From positions 32,001 through 96,000 of the IMG/VR virus record IMGVR_UViG_3300047585_000208: DNA of 64,000 nucleotides. One strand, 5' to 3'. Made by a program: the position numbers and the translations under genes. The DNA is from a virus. The notes beneath the pieces are model-generated. The model had not been told where the DNA came from and made no database searches. It saw only the letters and a program-made list of their open reading frames with translations. Numbering within the stretch: the first letter of the stretch is position 1; each line of letters starts with the position of its first letter. Positions 49,085 through 58,191 of this stretch are shown here, piece after piece.

Positions 49085-49381
49085 TTGTTGTTTCCAGCTT
49101 ATCTAGAAATTGACGGTTCGCAAGGAACAGGGTTTACAGCTTATCTAGAAATTGACGATTCGCAAGGAAGAGGGTGGGGCGATGTCAGGGATCACCTGAT
49201 AACTTATTCAGATGGAACCGGCGAAGGAGACGGCGACGCTGGAAGTAGTCTGGGCAATGGCTCCGGTAACGGCGTAGCTTCTGGTGCTGGAAGGCTTATA
49301 TCTGGTAGCGATGGTTTTGCTAAAGGAGCCGGGGTTGGTCGTGGTAATGCAGACGGTTCTGGTGAAGCTGAGTGGCGTTGA
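49085..49381 (+). CDS. Gly-rich micro-protein family (with 42-bp internal duplication)
   Basis: GTGEGDGDAG...AKGAGVGRGNADGSG; palindromes on both sides. Confidence 0.6.
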   Translation: MLFPAYLEIDGSQGTGFTAYLEIDDSQGRGWGDVRDHLITYSDGTGEGDGDAGSSLGNGSGNGVASGAGRLISGSDGFAKGAGVGRGNADGSGEAEWR

Positions 49382-49417
49382 AAAGTTAAGTAACGCATTA
49401 CTCAGAAAGGAGGATAA

Positions 49418-49660
49418 ATGGCAGAAATAATTCACCGACAGGGTTGTGACTCGTCTGGGGTCGGTGGTGACTACGACGATTTCCTGTCTACGACTTTATA
49501 TGGTGCTGGTGGTCCAGATTTAGGTGCTGGAGATGTTACCGGTACTGGAAGCGACGCTGGCACTGGCGCAGGTTGTGGATTTTCTAACTTTTCGTATAGG
49601 GGTTCCGGAGCTGGGTATGGACGTAGCCATGGTAATGCCTATTTCTCTGGTATGGGCTGA
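49418..49660 (+). CDS. Gly-rich micro-protein family
   Basis: GAGGPDLGAG...GSGAGYG; palindromes on both sides. Confidence 0.6.
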   Translation: MAEIIHRQGCDSSGVGGDYDDFLSTTLYGAGGPDLGAGDVTGTGSDAGTGAGCGFSNFSYRGSGAGYGRSHGNAYFSGMG

Positions 49661-49691
49661 GTAACGCATTACTCAGAAAAGAGAACTAATA

Positions 49692-52600
49692 ATGGAAGAT
49701 TTAGAGTTAGGTACTGACATTGGTTACTTAGTTGAAGCACTAGAGCCAGCTCTTGATTTTTATCCGCTTACTGCCCCAGGCATGCCGATGCCTGGTCCAG
49801 ATTTTCTAGAACAGGCTGCAGTTCTAGACTCAAAGAAACCAACTTATATCGGTACGGGGCCAGATAAGCGACTTTTGGCTTGCAGCCCAGTTCTAACTGA
49901 ACTTTATAAAGATGCACTCTACCAACCTGGTTTTCCTTTGCGAGTACAGGTAAAGGGCCGTACCCCAGAGACTCGTTTCTTGCCTGGTCACCTTTGGACT
50001 GATCGCCCAACTGGCCCAAGGCCCGCTAGGGTAATGGTCATAGGTAAGTGGCCAGGCCTCGACGAGATGAACGACAGTAGCTACATAGCTGGCGATGCAA
50101 TGCGTTTGTTTATGAAGGTCGCGAAGCAGTTTGGTGTTACGACTGCCGAAATGGCTGAATGGTACGTAACAGCGGTAATTAAGCATCCAAACGCGGATGT
50201 TACTTCGAATAAGCCTCCGAAGCGCCATATTACTAATTGCCTCATTCTCCTAGAGCAAGAGCTTCGTCTTGTAAAGCCAGATTATGTGCTGGCACTCGGT
50301 TCTGAGACTTTCACAGCTCTAATGGGGCCTGGGCATGGCGGAGTAACGGAAGCTCAAGGTACAGCCTTTGAGCGCAAGGTCGATTTAAGGCGTTCTGCAG
50401 AAGAACCTGAATCGTGGCATTATTACAAGCTGGTCGCCTGTATCCATCCGGCCGCCGTACTTCACGACAGCGCTGCTTATGAGACCGCCTTTGAAGTGGG
50501 TATTAAGTACTTTGCTGACATGATCAGCGGGCATGTCGCAGCTGAGGTAAAGCCAGAGATAAATTACCAACTGATTTATAACACCCAACACCTTGGCGCA
50601 ATTGTTGATGAAATACTCGCTGAAGATTCAGCTCCTGCTGTCGCGATAGACTGCGAGTGGCAAGGTGAGTATCCAACAGAGCCAGGGGCTTGGCTTAGAA
50701 CGATTCAGTTCAGCCATAAGCCGACGTTTGCTGCGTGTATCGTTTTGAGGCAGGCTGGTGGGAAGGTTGCCTTTAGGGGTGATCACGCTACGCTTGTCCG
50801 GCAGCTTCGAAGGCTTTTACTGGGTGAGGGCCATAGGTTAGTCGGGCATAGTGTTCGATCTGACCTTCCGTGGATTCAGCTTGGGCTTGATGAACAACTT
50901 GGTTTGGATTTGATTGAGTCATCTGGTGTAGCTGCTACTGCGGAGCTTACGAAGACTGAAGGTGGTTTTGACACGATGTACGCCGCCCACGCTGTCAAGG
51001 AGACGCTAAAGAGCTATTCGCTGGATATGCTTGGTATCCAGTTTTGTGGGCTTAAGAACTACGCGCAAGACCTTGAGCGGTGGAAAGCTGCTTATTGTAA
51101 GGAACATAAGCTCGACAGTAAGAGTCTTGGCGGGTATGGGATGTGTCCTGACGAGATTTTACACCCGTACGCCCTCATGGACGTAATAGTCACTCAGGAG
51201 CTTTATAGGAAATTTAATGACGAGCTACTAGACTGCGATGAGTTTGGTAATTCGTCGAGAGTTCCGTTCTGGATGACTATGCGAGCGCACAGAGCATTTC
51301 TTGAAATGGAGATGAACGGGATTCTGATTGACCGGCAAAGGGGTGAGCAACTTACAGCGACGTTTCTTCAAGCTCGTGATGAGCTGGTAGCTAAGCTTAA
51401 GAAGCTGTTTAACTGGCCGACGTTCAACCCAAGGTCGGCGCAGCAGTGTAAGGTAGCGCTGTTTGGGCCTCAGTACTCTGGGAAGTACGTTAACGGTAAG
51501 CCTGTCGACGTAAGACCGGAAGGGGCGCTGACTTTAGGCTTGCGACCTATTAAGTCTTCTGGCAAGCCTTCGATGAACTGGAACAGGGTCGAGCGAATGG
51601 GCTTGGCTAATGTTTACAGTCCTTGTACTGATAAGGAGACGCTTGGTGGGTTGGCTACTTTATTAAAAGGTAGCGAGGTAACAGGAGAAGCGGATCAATT
51701 TGGGTATGAGCATGTGTGCACACTGAGGAATGCTAAGTTCATTGCGCACGCGGTTACATCCGTGTTGCGAAAACCAAAGGTTGACGAACAAGATAATGTT
51801 GTCAAGGATGAAGAAGGTAATACCGAATACGAAGACGGGCTTTTGTCTTTTATTCAGGCTGACGGCAGGATCAGGACACACATTTATTCCACTAAAGAAA
51901 CTGGTCGCGTAAGTAACGCTAGACCTAATACCCAAGCAATTTCGAAAAGACGCGAGTCGTCCTATAAAAGTATTCTTGGTAAGAATTACCGATTCCCTAT
52001 GCGGACTATGCTTAGGGCTACACCGGGATACGTTTTTGTTGAAGCAGACTTCATAGGCGCTGAAATCGCGATGTTGGCGATTCAAGCTGGTGATGAGAAG
52101 TTGATTGATCATGTCCGTCGGGCAAATCTTCCAGATAGCGACCCGCAGAAGTACGATGTCCATGCGAGTATTGCCGTTAAAGCTTTTCGACTTGATTGCG
52201 CTCCTACTAAAGCTGGTTTGAAGAAGGTGAAGCGTGGAGATAAGACTGTCGATTTAAGCTACCTTCGCGACGTGACCAAAACACTTGTTTTTGGTTTGGC
52301 CTACGGTCGTGGTAATGAGGCGATTGTTAGAGCGGTTCAAGAAGAAGGTGTGTTGATTTCGGCATCGGAAGCTGAAGCAATTAGACAAGCAGTTCTTGGC
52401 GAGTATTCTCGACTTGATCCTTTCTTTGACGCTTGCAAAGCCCGGGTAACAAACCCCGGGTGGATCAGGAGTTGTTTCGGTCGTTATCGTAGAGCCGGCC
52501 GTATTCGGACTGACGATAACGGTGGAACAGAACGTGAATTCATGAATTTTCCGATTCAGGGCGGGATTGCTGATGCTACGAATGTGGCGCTGGAGAATTT

Positions 52601-52925
52601 GAGAGACTACCCTGCTCGTCGAGACGAGAATGGAGAGCTCAAGTATAAGTTGAGCCTTCAAGTTCATGACGCGGTTTTGACGGAAGTGATGATTAAGCAC
52701 CTCGGTTGGTTTGTTGGAACGCACGAGCAGCCGGGCGTACTCGGAAAGTGCATGAGTGAACAGGTTCCGATTTATCAGTGCGATTTGAACGGGGTCCGTA
52801 GGCCTGGAACGCCTGTACATTACCTTGGGATTGAGTCGGCCGTGGCCCTGCACTGGGGCGAAAAAATAAAAAAAGAAATTGCGCTTGATTTAAGAATACC
52901 GCTTCAATATATTGCCTCTTCTTAA
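49692..52925 (+). CDS. DNA polymerase family A with N-terminal uracil-DNA-glycosylase-like domain
   Basis: UDG-like PARVMVIGKWPG...HPAAVL; 3'-5' exonuclease AIDCE / YALMD; TGRVS; motif A EADFIGAE, motif B RDVTKTLVFGLAYG, motif C QVHD. Confidence 0.92.
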   Translation: MEDLELGTDIGYLVEALEPALDFYPLTAPGMPMPGPDFLEQAAVLDSKKPTYIGTGPDKRLLACSPVLTELYKDALYQPGFPLRVQVKGRTPETRFLPGHLWTDRPTGPRPARVMVIGKWPGLDEMNDSSYIAGDAMRLFMKVAKQFGVTTAEMAEWYVTAVIKHPNADVTSNKPPKRHITNCLILLEQELRLVKPDYVLALGSETFTALMGPGHGGVTEAQGTAFERKVDLRRSAEEPESWHYYKLVACIHPAAVLHDSAAYETAFEVGIKYFADMISGHVAAEVKPEINYQLIYNTQHLGAIVDEILAEDSAPAVAIDCEWQGEYPTEPGAWLRTIQFSHKPTFAACIVLRQAGGKVAFRGDHATLVRQLRRLLLGEGHRLVGHSVRSDLPWIQLGLDEQLGLDLIESSGVAATAELTKTEGGFDTMYAAHAVKETLKSYSLDMLGIQFCGLKNYAQDLERWKAAYCKEHKLDSKSLGGYGMCPDEILHPYALMDVIVTQELYRKFNDELLDCDEFGNSSRVPFWMTMRAHRAFLEMEMNGILIDRQRGEQLTATFLQARDELVAKLKKLFNWPTFNPRSAQQCKVALFGPQYSGKYVNGKPVDVRPEGALTLGLRPIKSSGKPSMNWNRVERMGLANVYSPCTDKETLGGLATLLKGSEVTGEADQFGYEHVCTLRNAKFIAHAVTSVLRKPKVDEQDNVVKDEEGNTEYEDGLLSFIQADGRIRTHIYSTKETGRVSNARPNTQAISKRRESSYKSILGKNYRFPMRTMLRATPGYVFVEADFIGAEIAMLAIQAGDEKLIDHVRRANLPDSDPQKYDVHASIAVKAFRLDCAPTKAGLKKVKRGDKTVDLSYLRDVTKTLVFGLAYGRGNEAIVRAVQEEGVLISASEAEAIRQAVLGEYSRLDPFFDACKARVTNPGWIRSCFGRYRRAGRIRTDDNGGTEREFMNFPIQGGIADATNVALENLRDYPARRDENGELKYKLSLQVHDAVLTEVMIKHLGWFVGTHEQPGVLGKCMSEQVPIYQCDLNGVRRPGTPVHYLGIESAVALHWGEKIKKEIALDLRIPLQYIASS

Positions 52926-53044
52926 GTTCCACTGTATTAATTTAAGTTTGTTTTATTTGAGTAATGCGTTACTCAACTTTTGGCGTAGAGGAATTATTCG
53001 CCAGTTAATTGACACTAGTAAACTGATTTCTTAAGGAGATTTTT

Positions 53045-54454
53045 GTGGCGCCACCTTTGACACCTCGGCCTCGCGGTAAGTACGATCAAACGACTCAACT
53101 ACAAGACAGGCAAAGTGGTTTAGAGACATATTTGCTGAATCCTGGGGTCAATGCGGTCTTGCGCAAACCGAGTTGGGGCGGAAGTGAGTCAATTTTTAGG
53201 TTCTGGCCGTCTCTTTCTTATGAGAATCCGGCGCAAGAAATGCAACCGTATCGTTTAGACGCGGCAGGTAAAAATCTGTTTTCCGATTGGATAAGAAAAT
53301 ACGAGGTCATCGAGAGTGTTGGTAATCCGCCCATTACCATGTTTGCTCATACGCCAGATTTCGACTTTGTATATGATCCTTGGACTACTCCGATTGGAAT
53401 GCTCTACAGCGCGGTTAACAAAGCCATTAAAGCACATACAGCCCCAGCTGAATGGTACAGTTTGACGGCACCAGCTGCTGGCAAATCTAAAGCGCTGTCT
53501 TTACCAAAGTCCAAGTTCGTAATGCAAGGTTACGTGGTCAAGCACAACGACAAGCTCACGTTTCGGCAAGGCGAAGCTCCGCTTGGCTGGGCTATTGGCG
53601 AGCCAACTGTAATTGTTATGGTGTCTGAGTCTGCGGGCGCTAAGATGCTCGAAAAGCTTTCTGTTGAAAACGAAAACTATAGAGGTGAACCGTTTGATTT
53701 TAATGCTCGTTACAAAGAGGGTGATCCGGTTTCAATCGACTCAGGCTTGTTCGTTCACTTCTTCGAGGCTGGAAAAGATCCTCGTCAGAAGTACATGGCT
53801 AAGCCAGAGGTGCGGTCAGAAGCGACGGCACAATTTGTCACGACTACCTCTCGTGGTAATAACAGTGGAGCGCCGGAAAGCAAAGAGTTCAAGAGCTACG
53901 ATCTCTTCTTCTCTAAAGACGCCGGGATGGGCTTGCGAGCCAATCTTAAAGGCCCTGGTGAAACGGACATTGTTCGTGATCACTGGCGGTTCTGGGAAGA
54001 TGCACTTCGTTTCTTCAGTTATCAGGAACAAGCGCACCTCTTATATAATCGCTTTCCACCCGCCCTTTGTGCTTATGCTTTTAAGGATTATTGCATCGAT
54101 TGGTTGCCCGAAGATTACAAGGCCCGAGAGGCTAACGCGACCTCAGTGGGCTTCGCCGATGTTGTGCCACAACCACAACCCGGTAATCAATTTACAGGCT
54201 TTCAACAGGCCCCGGCTACTACGTCGGCGCCTACGAGTCCTTGGAACGCACTGCCACAAGCTGTTCAAACTCCTCCTCGCCCCACGTCTCCTCAAGCTAC
54301 ACAAGACAGTGTAGTGCCTGTCGGTCAAGTTCCGACGGGTGGAGTAGAGGCTTTGGTTGGTGGAGAGTTTTCGACAGCACCAGCTACCCCTTCTGTGAGT
54401 GCGGCTGCAATTGCTGCTCTCAAGGCTGCCCGCCAGGTAGCCGGTAAGCGGTAA
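53045..54454 (+). CDS. Putative ssDNA-binding/recombination protein
   Basis: Between PolA and the RecA-like gene; IFRFWP motif; low-complexity C-terminus; strong terminator downstream. Confidence 0.45.
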   Translation: MAPPLTPRPRGKYDQTTQLQDRQSGLETYLLNPGVNAVLRKPSWGGSESIFRFWPSLSYENPAQEMQPYRLDAAGKNLFSDWIRKYEVIESVGNPPITMFAHTPDFDFVYDPWTTPIGMLYSAVNKAIKAHTAPAEWYSLTAPAAGKSKALSLPKSKFVMQGYVVKHNDKLTFRQGEAPLGWAIGEPTVIVMVSESAGAKMLEKLSVENENYRGEPFDFNARYKEGDPVSIDSGLFVHFFEAGKDPRQKYMAKPEVRSEATAQFVTTTSRGNNSGAPESKEFKSYDLFFSKDAGMGLRANLKGPGETDIVRDHWRFWEDALRFFSYQEQAHLLYNRFPPALCAYAFKDYCIDWLPEDYKAREANATSVGFADVVPQPQPGNQFTGFQQAPATTSAPTSPWNALPQAVQTPPRPTSPQATQDSVVPVGQVPTGGVEALVGGEFSTAPATPSVSAAAIAALKAARQVAGKR

Positions 54455-54467
54455 GCTGTCTAAGTTT

Positions 54468-54500
54468 GGCCGAGGCTCTTCGGAGCCTCGGCTGCTTTTT
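54468..54500 (+). terminator. Rho-independent terminator with cUUCGg loop
   Basis: GGCCGAGGCTC-TTCG-GAGCCTCGGCT followed by GCTTTTT. Confidence 0.8.
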
Positions 54501-54513
54501 CCAAGAGGGTCAG

Positions 54514-55869
54514 ATGGGTAAGAAAGATAAGTGGCTGCTCGATTCAACTGACGGCCAATATGACAAACTCTTTGAGGCTGTCACGCGAGAAGCTAACGAG
54601 AAGTATCCGGGTAAGGTGTTTAGTGGTGGCGCTGAGTGTATGCGAGTCGTTTGCATTCCCGTTCCAGCGTTCTCTGTTCGCTATCTGTTTCAGCAGGACG
54701 GCTTTCCGCTGGGGCGGTTCACGATGCTAGTTGGCGAGCGAGAGAGTTGTAAGTCTGCGCTAGGATATGAGATCATGTCTTGGCACGGGAAAATTCCTGG
54801 TGGCGGTGGGGTTATGGTCCCTACAGAGAATAAAGACGCTCCGGAATTGTTCCGATCAATCGTGGGTTATAACCACCCACGAATGCGTATTCAAGAATCT
54901 TGCAGTACATCTGCCGAGTGGATGGCTGTAACGAACATGTGGATCAAGCAGTTCCAGTCTTATATGGGTGGAACTAAGAAGGATCCAGGTCCCGGTAGGA
55001 AAGCGCCGATTGCTTTCCTTGTCGATTCACTTACTGCGAATTTGACCGCTGGGCAATACGAAGATCTGCATAAAGCCGGTACTCCGGCAAAGCACTTTGC
55101 TGAACTTGCGTTTGAGCTGACGGACTATATCAAGTATGTAACTCAGTCAATTAAGGGTTATCCGTTTAGTCTCATCGGCATTAACCACCTTAAGGTCTCG
55201 CAAGAGAAGGTTGGTATGTTCATGAAGAACATCCGAAAGGTTGGTGGCGGTGAGACTCTCAAGTTCTTTGAAACGACTGAAATTGAAATGCGCCGAATGG
55301 GCGGGACTGCTCCAGAGAAGCAGATTGACCGCATTAAGGATAATGAGCAAGGCATCCCTCTTGACATTATCATTCATAAGAACTCTTTAGCGCCGCACGA
55401 ACGTATCTCAGTTGAGATGCTCTGGTGGACTGATTATGCGGATCGCGATCCAGCTGGGCACTTTAGACAAAAGACTATCTTCGATTGGCACAGCGCGTCA
55501 ATTGAGATTCTGGCGGAGCTTCTCAAGGGAGAAGGCGTAAAAGCTAAGCGGCTTAGAGAGGTCATTGACCTAACTGTCTCTACTGATTCGCGAACTGCGT
55601 CTTCAGTACTTTTGGGTATTGGGCCTAAGTCAAAAGTCAAGTACAGAGAAGCTGGGCAGATCCTTGAGGAGAAGCTTCAGAGTGACGAAGAGTTCCGCAA
55701 TGCGCTTTATGCTGAGACCGGTATTCGGCGACGTTACTTATTTCAGCCAGATGTTGATTATCCGGAGCAGATCGCGCGAGCTGTGCGATTGGCCGCTGGA
55801 GAGCCTGTTGAGGCTAATGAAAATAAACTAGTGGAGGAGGTGCTAGGTGAGGTTGCGCAAGTTGAGTAA
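54514..55869 (+). CDS. RecA/UvsX-like recombinase
   Basis: GFPLGRFTMLVGERESCKS (variant Walker A), LVDSL, IGINHL, GGGETLKF, HKN. Confidence 0.8.
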   Translation: MGKKDKWLLDSTDGQYDKLFEAVTREANEKYPGKVFSGGAECMRVVCIPVPAFSVRYLFQQDGFPLGRFTMLVGERESCKSALGYEIMSWHGKIPGGGGVMVPTENKDAPELFRSIVGYNHPRMRIQESCSTSAEWMAVTNMWIKQFQSYMGGTKKDPGPGRKAPIAFLVDSLTANLTAGQYEDLHKAGTPAKHFAELAFELTDYIKYVTQSIKGYPFSLIGINHLKVSQEKVGMFMKNIRKVGGGETLKFFETTEIEMRRMGGTAPEKQIDRIKDNEQGIPLDIIIHKNSLAPHERISVEMLWWTDYADRDPAGHFRQKTIFDWHSASIEILAELLKGEGVKAKRLREVIDLTVSTDSRTASSVLLGIGPKSKVKYREAGQILEEKLQSDEEFRNALYAETGIRRRYLFQPDVDYPEQIARAVRLAAGEPVEANENKLVEEVLGEVAQVE

Positions 55870-56050
55870 GCCACGTGAGCCTAAACACACGGTTCAACGG
55901 CATTGGACGTTCTTTTGGGATACCGAGTTATCCGAGAAGCGGATGATTGAGATATCCGAGTGGATCGGGTCCTTATCTTTGGAAGACAGAGGTAAGCTCA
56001 CAGACCTAATGAAAGATCATACGGAAGATATTAACTTCCAGGAATTTTGA
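55847..56050 (+). CDS. Hypothetical protein
   Basis: GGAGG RBS; stop lies in a degenerate palindrome. Confidence 0.45.
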   Translation: MRLRKLSKPREPKHTVQRHWTFFWDTELSEKRMIEISEWIGSLSLEDRGKLTDLMKDHTEDINFQEF

Positions 56051-56083
56051 GTAACGCATCAATCAATCTTAAAGGAGCGGTTA

Positions 56084-56353
56084 ATGGTAGTGGACGAGGG
56101 TGGAGGTTGGTGTAATGGCAGCGGTTCAGAGGACTGCACTGGTCCCTTTAGTCATAACGATTTAATGTTATTTAATGGGCACTGGGTGGGTTGTGGCAAT
56201 GCTTTTGGGGCTGGTAATGGCGCTGGAAGCAGTAAAGCCTCTGAATTTTCTTTTCCTTATGGTGGTGGTTTTACAAATGGCTATGGCGACGGGGTTGGTT
56301 GTGGTGGCGGCAGCGCTAATGCAACTGGATTAGGTGGACCAAGGAGGGTTTAA
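56084..56353 (+). CDS. Gly-rich micro-protein family
   Basis: GWCNGSG...GYGDGVGCGGG..TGLGGPRR. Confidence 0.6.
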   Translation: MVVDEGGGWCNGSGSEDCTGPFSHNDLMLFNGHWVGCGNAFGAGNGAGSSKASEFSFPYGGGFTNGYGDGVGCGGGSANATGLGGPRRV

Positions 56354-56406
56354 CTGAGCCCGTTTGAGGACATTTGAGTAGCACATTACTCAGAAAGGGG
56401 TAGTCG

Positions 56407-56667
56407 ATGATCTGTGAGGAAACTCAGGGCTGTAGCAGTGGTTTAGTAGACGGCGCGGGGCCAGTTAGTTTATTTCAGTTGCAAGCAGGCTCCTGCTGGT
56501 ATGGGCCTGGCGCTGCTTTAGGAAGTGGTACTAGCGATGGGAGGGGTATAACAAATACTGTTGTTTATCCCTATAACGACAACACCTGTGGCTACGGGAC
56601 AGGCACGGGGTGGGGCTCTGGAGACTATTGCGGGTTTGGTTTAGGTGCACCAAGGAGGCCAAGTTGA
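56407..56667 (+). CDS. Gly-rich micro-protein family
   Basis: VDGAG...GYGTGTGWGSG..GLGAPRR. Confidence 0.6.
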   Translation: MICEETQGCSSGLVDGAGPVSLFQLQAGSCWYGPGAALGSGTSDGRGITNTVVYPYNDNTCGYGTGTGWGSGDYCGFGLGAPRRPS

Positions 56668-57188
56668 ATCCATTTGAAGACGCTGGTGTTGACGCTGAAG
56701 CTATGCGTCAGCTTTCAATCATGAACTGGGAACAGACGATTGTCAAGCGAATGCTCAAGTTTTACAAGATCGAGCATGAGGTGAAAGAGCTCAAACAGAA
56801 ATGCTTTGACGCGACCGGTAAGTCTCGTCTTTTGTTCACTTGGTTCATGGAGCTTCATCCGGACTTTCCGGTTTGGTTTGGATTTGATAAAGTTAGATAT
56901 CTGCACCAGTGGGATATGGAAAGCTTTCTTGGAAAGTTTTCTAAGTCTCCAGCGTTTAAAGCTTATGCAGATATTGAAGAGAAGATTCCGGATCGGTGGC
57001 TTGAATCGGGCAAGCCAACTGGTTTAGTATTCGAATACATCCACGGTATGGGCGCTGCAGTGATGTCTGACTGCGATCGTCCTCTTGGAGACGATGACAC
57101 TCGGATTGTGAAGTCATTTCGCAATCGAAGATTTTATTTCCAAGATCTTGGGTCGTTTTTGGCCGCACTGGGGTGGTCGCCATGTTAG
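56664..57188 (+). CDS. Hypothetical protein
   Basis: AAGGAGG RBS before TTG 56664. Confidence 0.5.
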   Translation: MNPFEDAGVDAEAMRQLSIMNWEQTIVKRMLKFYKIEHEVKELKQKCFDATGKSRLLFTWFMELHPDFPVWFGFDKVRYLHQWDMESFLGKFSKSPAFKAYADIEEKIPDRWLESGKPTGLVFEYIHGMGAAVMSDCDRPLGDDDTRIVKSFRNRRFYFQDLGSFLAALGWSPC

Positions 57189-57433
57189 ATGTTCTTTCAG
57201 CCGGTCGTGGAGATGGTACTGGCCCGGCGGATAGAGAGGTTTACGCTATTTGCGCTTATGGAAGCCCATCGGAAAGCTCTGGCTACGGGTGTGGGCAAAT
57301 CAATGCCGGCGGCTCGAAAGATGCAACAGGAGAAGCTACTGGTAAGATTTGTTCTGGAATAGGTTCAATAACTGGTTATGCGTACGGCGTAGGCGTAGGT
57401 TCTGGTTGTGTGAATATGACCGGTTTAGGCTGA
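57182..57433 (+). CDS. Gly-rich micro-protein family
   Basis: GRGDGTG...GYAYGVGVGSG..TGLG; stop lies in the palindrome. Confidence 0.6.
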   Translation: MLDVLSAGRGDGTGPADREVYAICAYGSPSESSGYGCGQINAGGSKDATGEATGKICSGIGSITGYAYGVGVGSGCVNMTGLG

Positions 57434-57507
57434 GTAATGCATTACTCAATTTCTCGTCAGAGAATCATCTGACGCTTATCTAAATTTCATCCAGTAAGGA
57501 GTCTGCT

Positions 57508-57813
57508 GTGGAGTACATTCCGTTTTGTCTACTTGGTACGGTGCTTTGGGTTTACGGCGCTAAGTTTATGGCGTCTATTATTCACGGGCACGATAATTAT
57601 AGGTTTGAAGATCTCCACGAGATGCCAACTGACGCAGAGATCATTATTTTGTCTATGGCTTTTTGGCCGTTCTTCTTATTGATTATTACCGGTGCCACTA
57701 TTTGCGTTTCTTCGTATCGGGTATGCAAACGTTTTTTGTTTATAAGTAAACCTTTTGCGAGTAATAAAATAGGTATCTGGCTCGGCAAGCAATTGCGAGG
57801 ATACGACCTTTAG
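57508..57813 (+). CDS. Small membrane protein, 'WP' paralog family
   Basis: AAGGAG RBS; MAFWPFF; NKIGIWLGKQ. Confidence 0.6.
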   Translation: MEYIPFCLLGTVLWVYGAKFMASIIHGHDNYRFEDLHEMPTDAEIIILSMAFWPFFLLIITGATICVSSYRVCKRFLFISKPFASNKIGIWLGKQLRGYDL

Positions 57814-57852
57814 CGCTAATTGAGTAACGCATTATTCAAAAGGAGCGGCGCA

Positions 57853-58182
57853 ATGCAAATTCAAGGTGTAACCCCTAAGATATGGATGGATGCTGGTTCT
57901 GGATTTGAAAATGGAACGTTTGGTAGCTGGGAGTTTAGTCCGGGCTGCTTTAACAAAGGTTCAGAGGCTGGTCTGGGCACTGGTAGAGGCTACGAAGACG
58001 GTAGGGGCGAAGCTTTATATTATTATCCAGCTGCCGGCGCTGGCGGTGATCAAAGTGGTTGTGGGAATGGCGATGGCTCAGGAAGTTTAGGTGGGTTTGT
58101 GGACGGAATTAGCGAAAGTCCCAACGAATATGGCCGCGTGATTGGCAACATAAGAGCGCTTTATCGCATTCAATTTTCATAG
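57853..58182 (+). CDS. Gly-rich micro-protein family
   Basis: Palindrome and AAGGAG before ATG 57853; GLGTGRGYEDGRG...GCGNGDGSG. Confidence 0.55.
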   Translation: MQIQGVTPKIWMDAGSGFENGTFGSWEFSPGCFNKGSEAGLGTGRGYEDGRGEALYYYPAAGAGGDQSGCGNGDGSGSLGGFVDGISESPNEYGRVIGNIRALYRIQFS

Positions 58183-58191
58183 GAGGTTTAA

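Noticed and set aside
53613-54314. 233-aa alternative-frame ORF
   Set aside because: Nested inside the 469-aa gene, with no RBS or motifs
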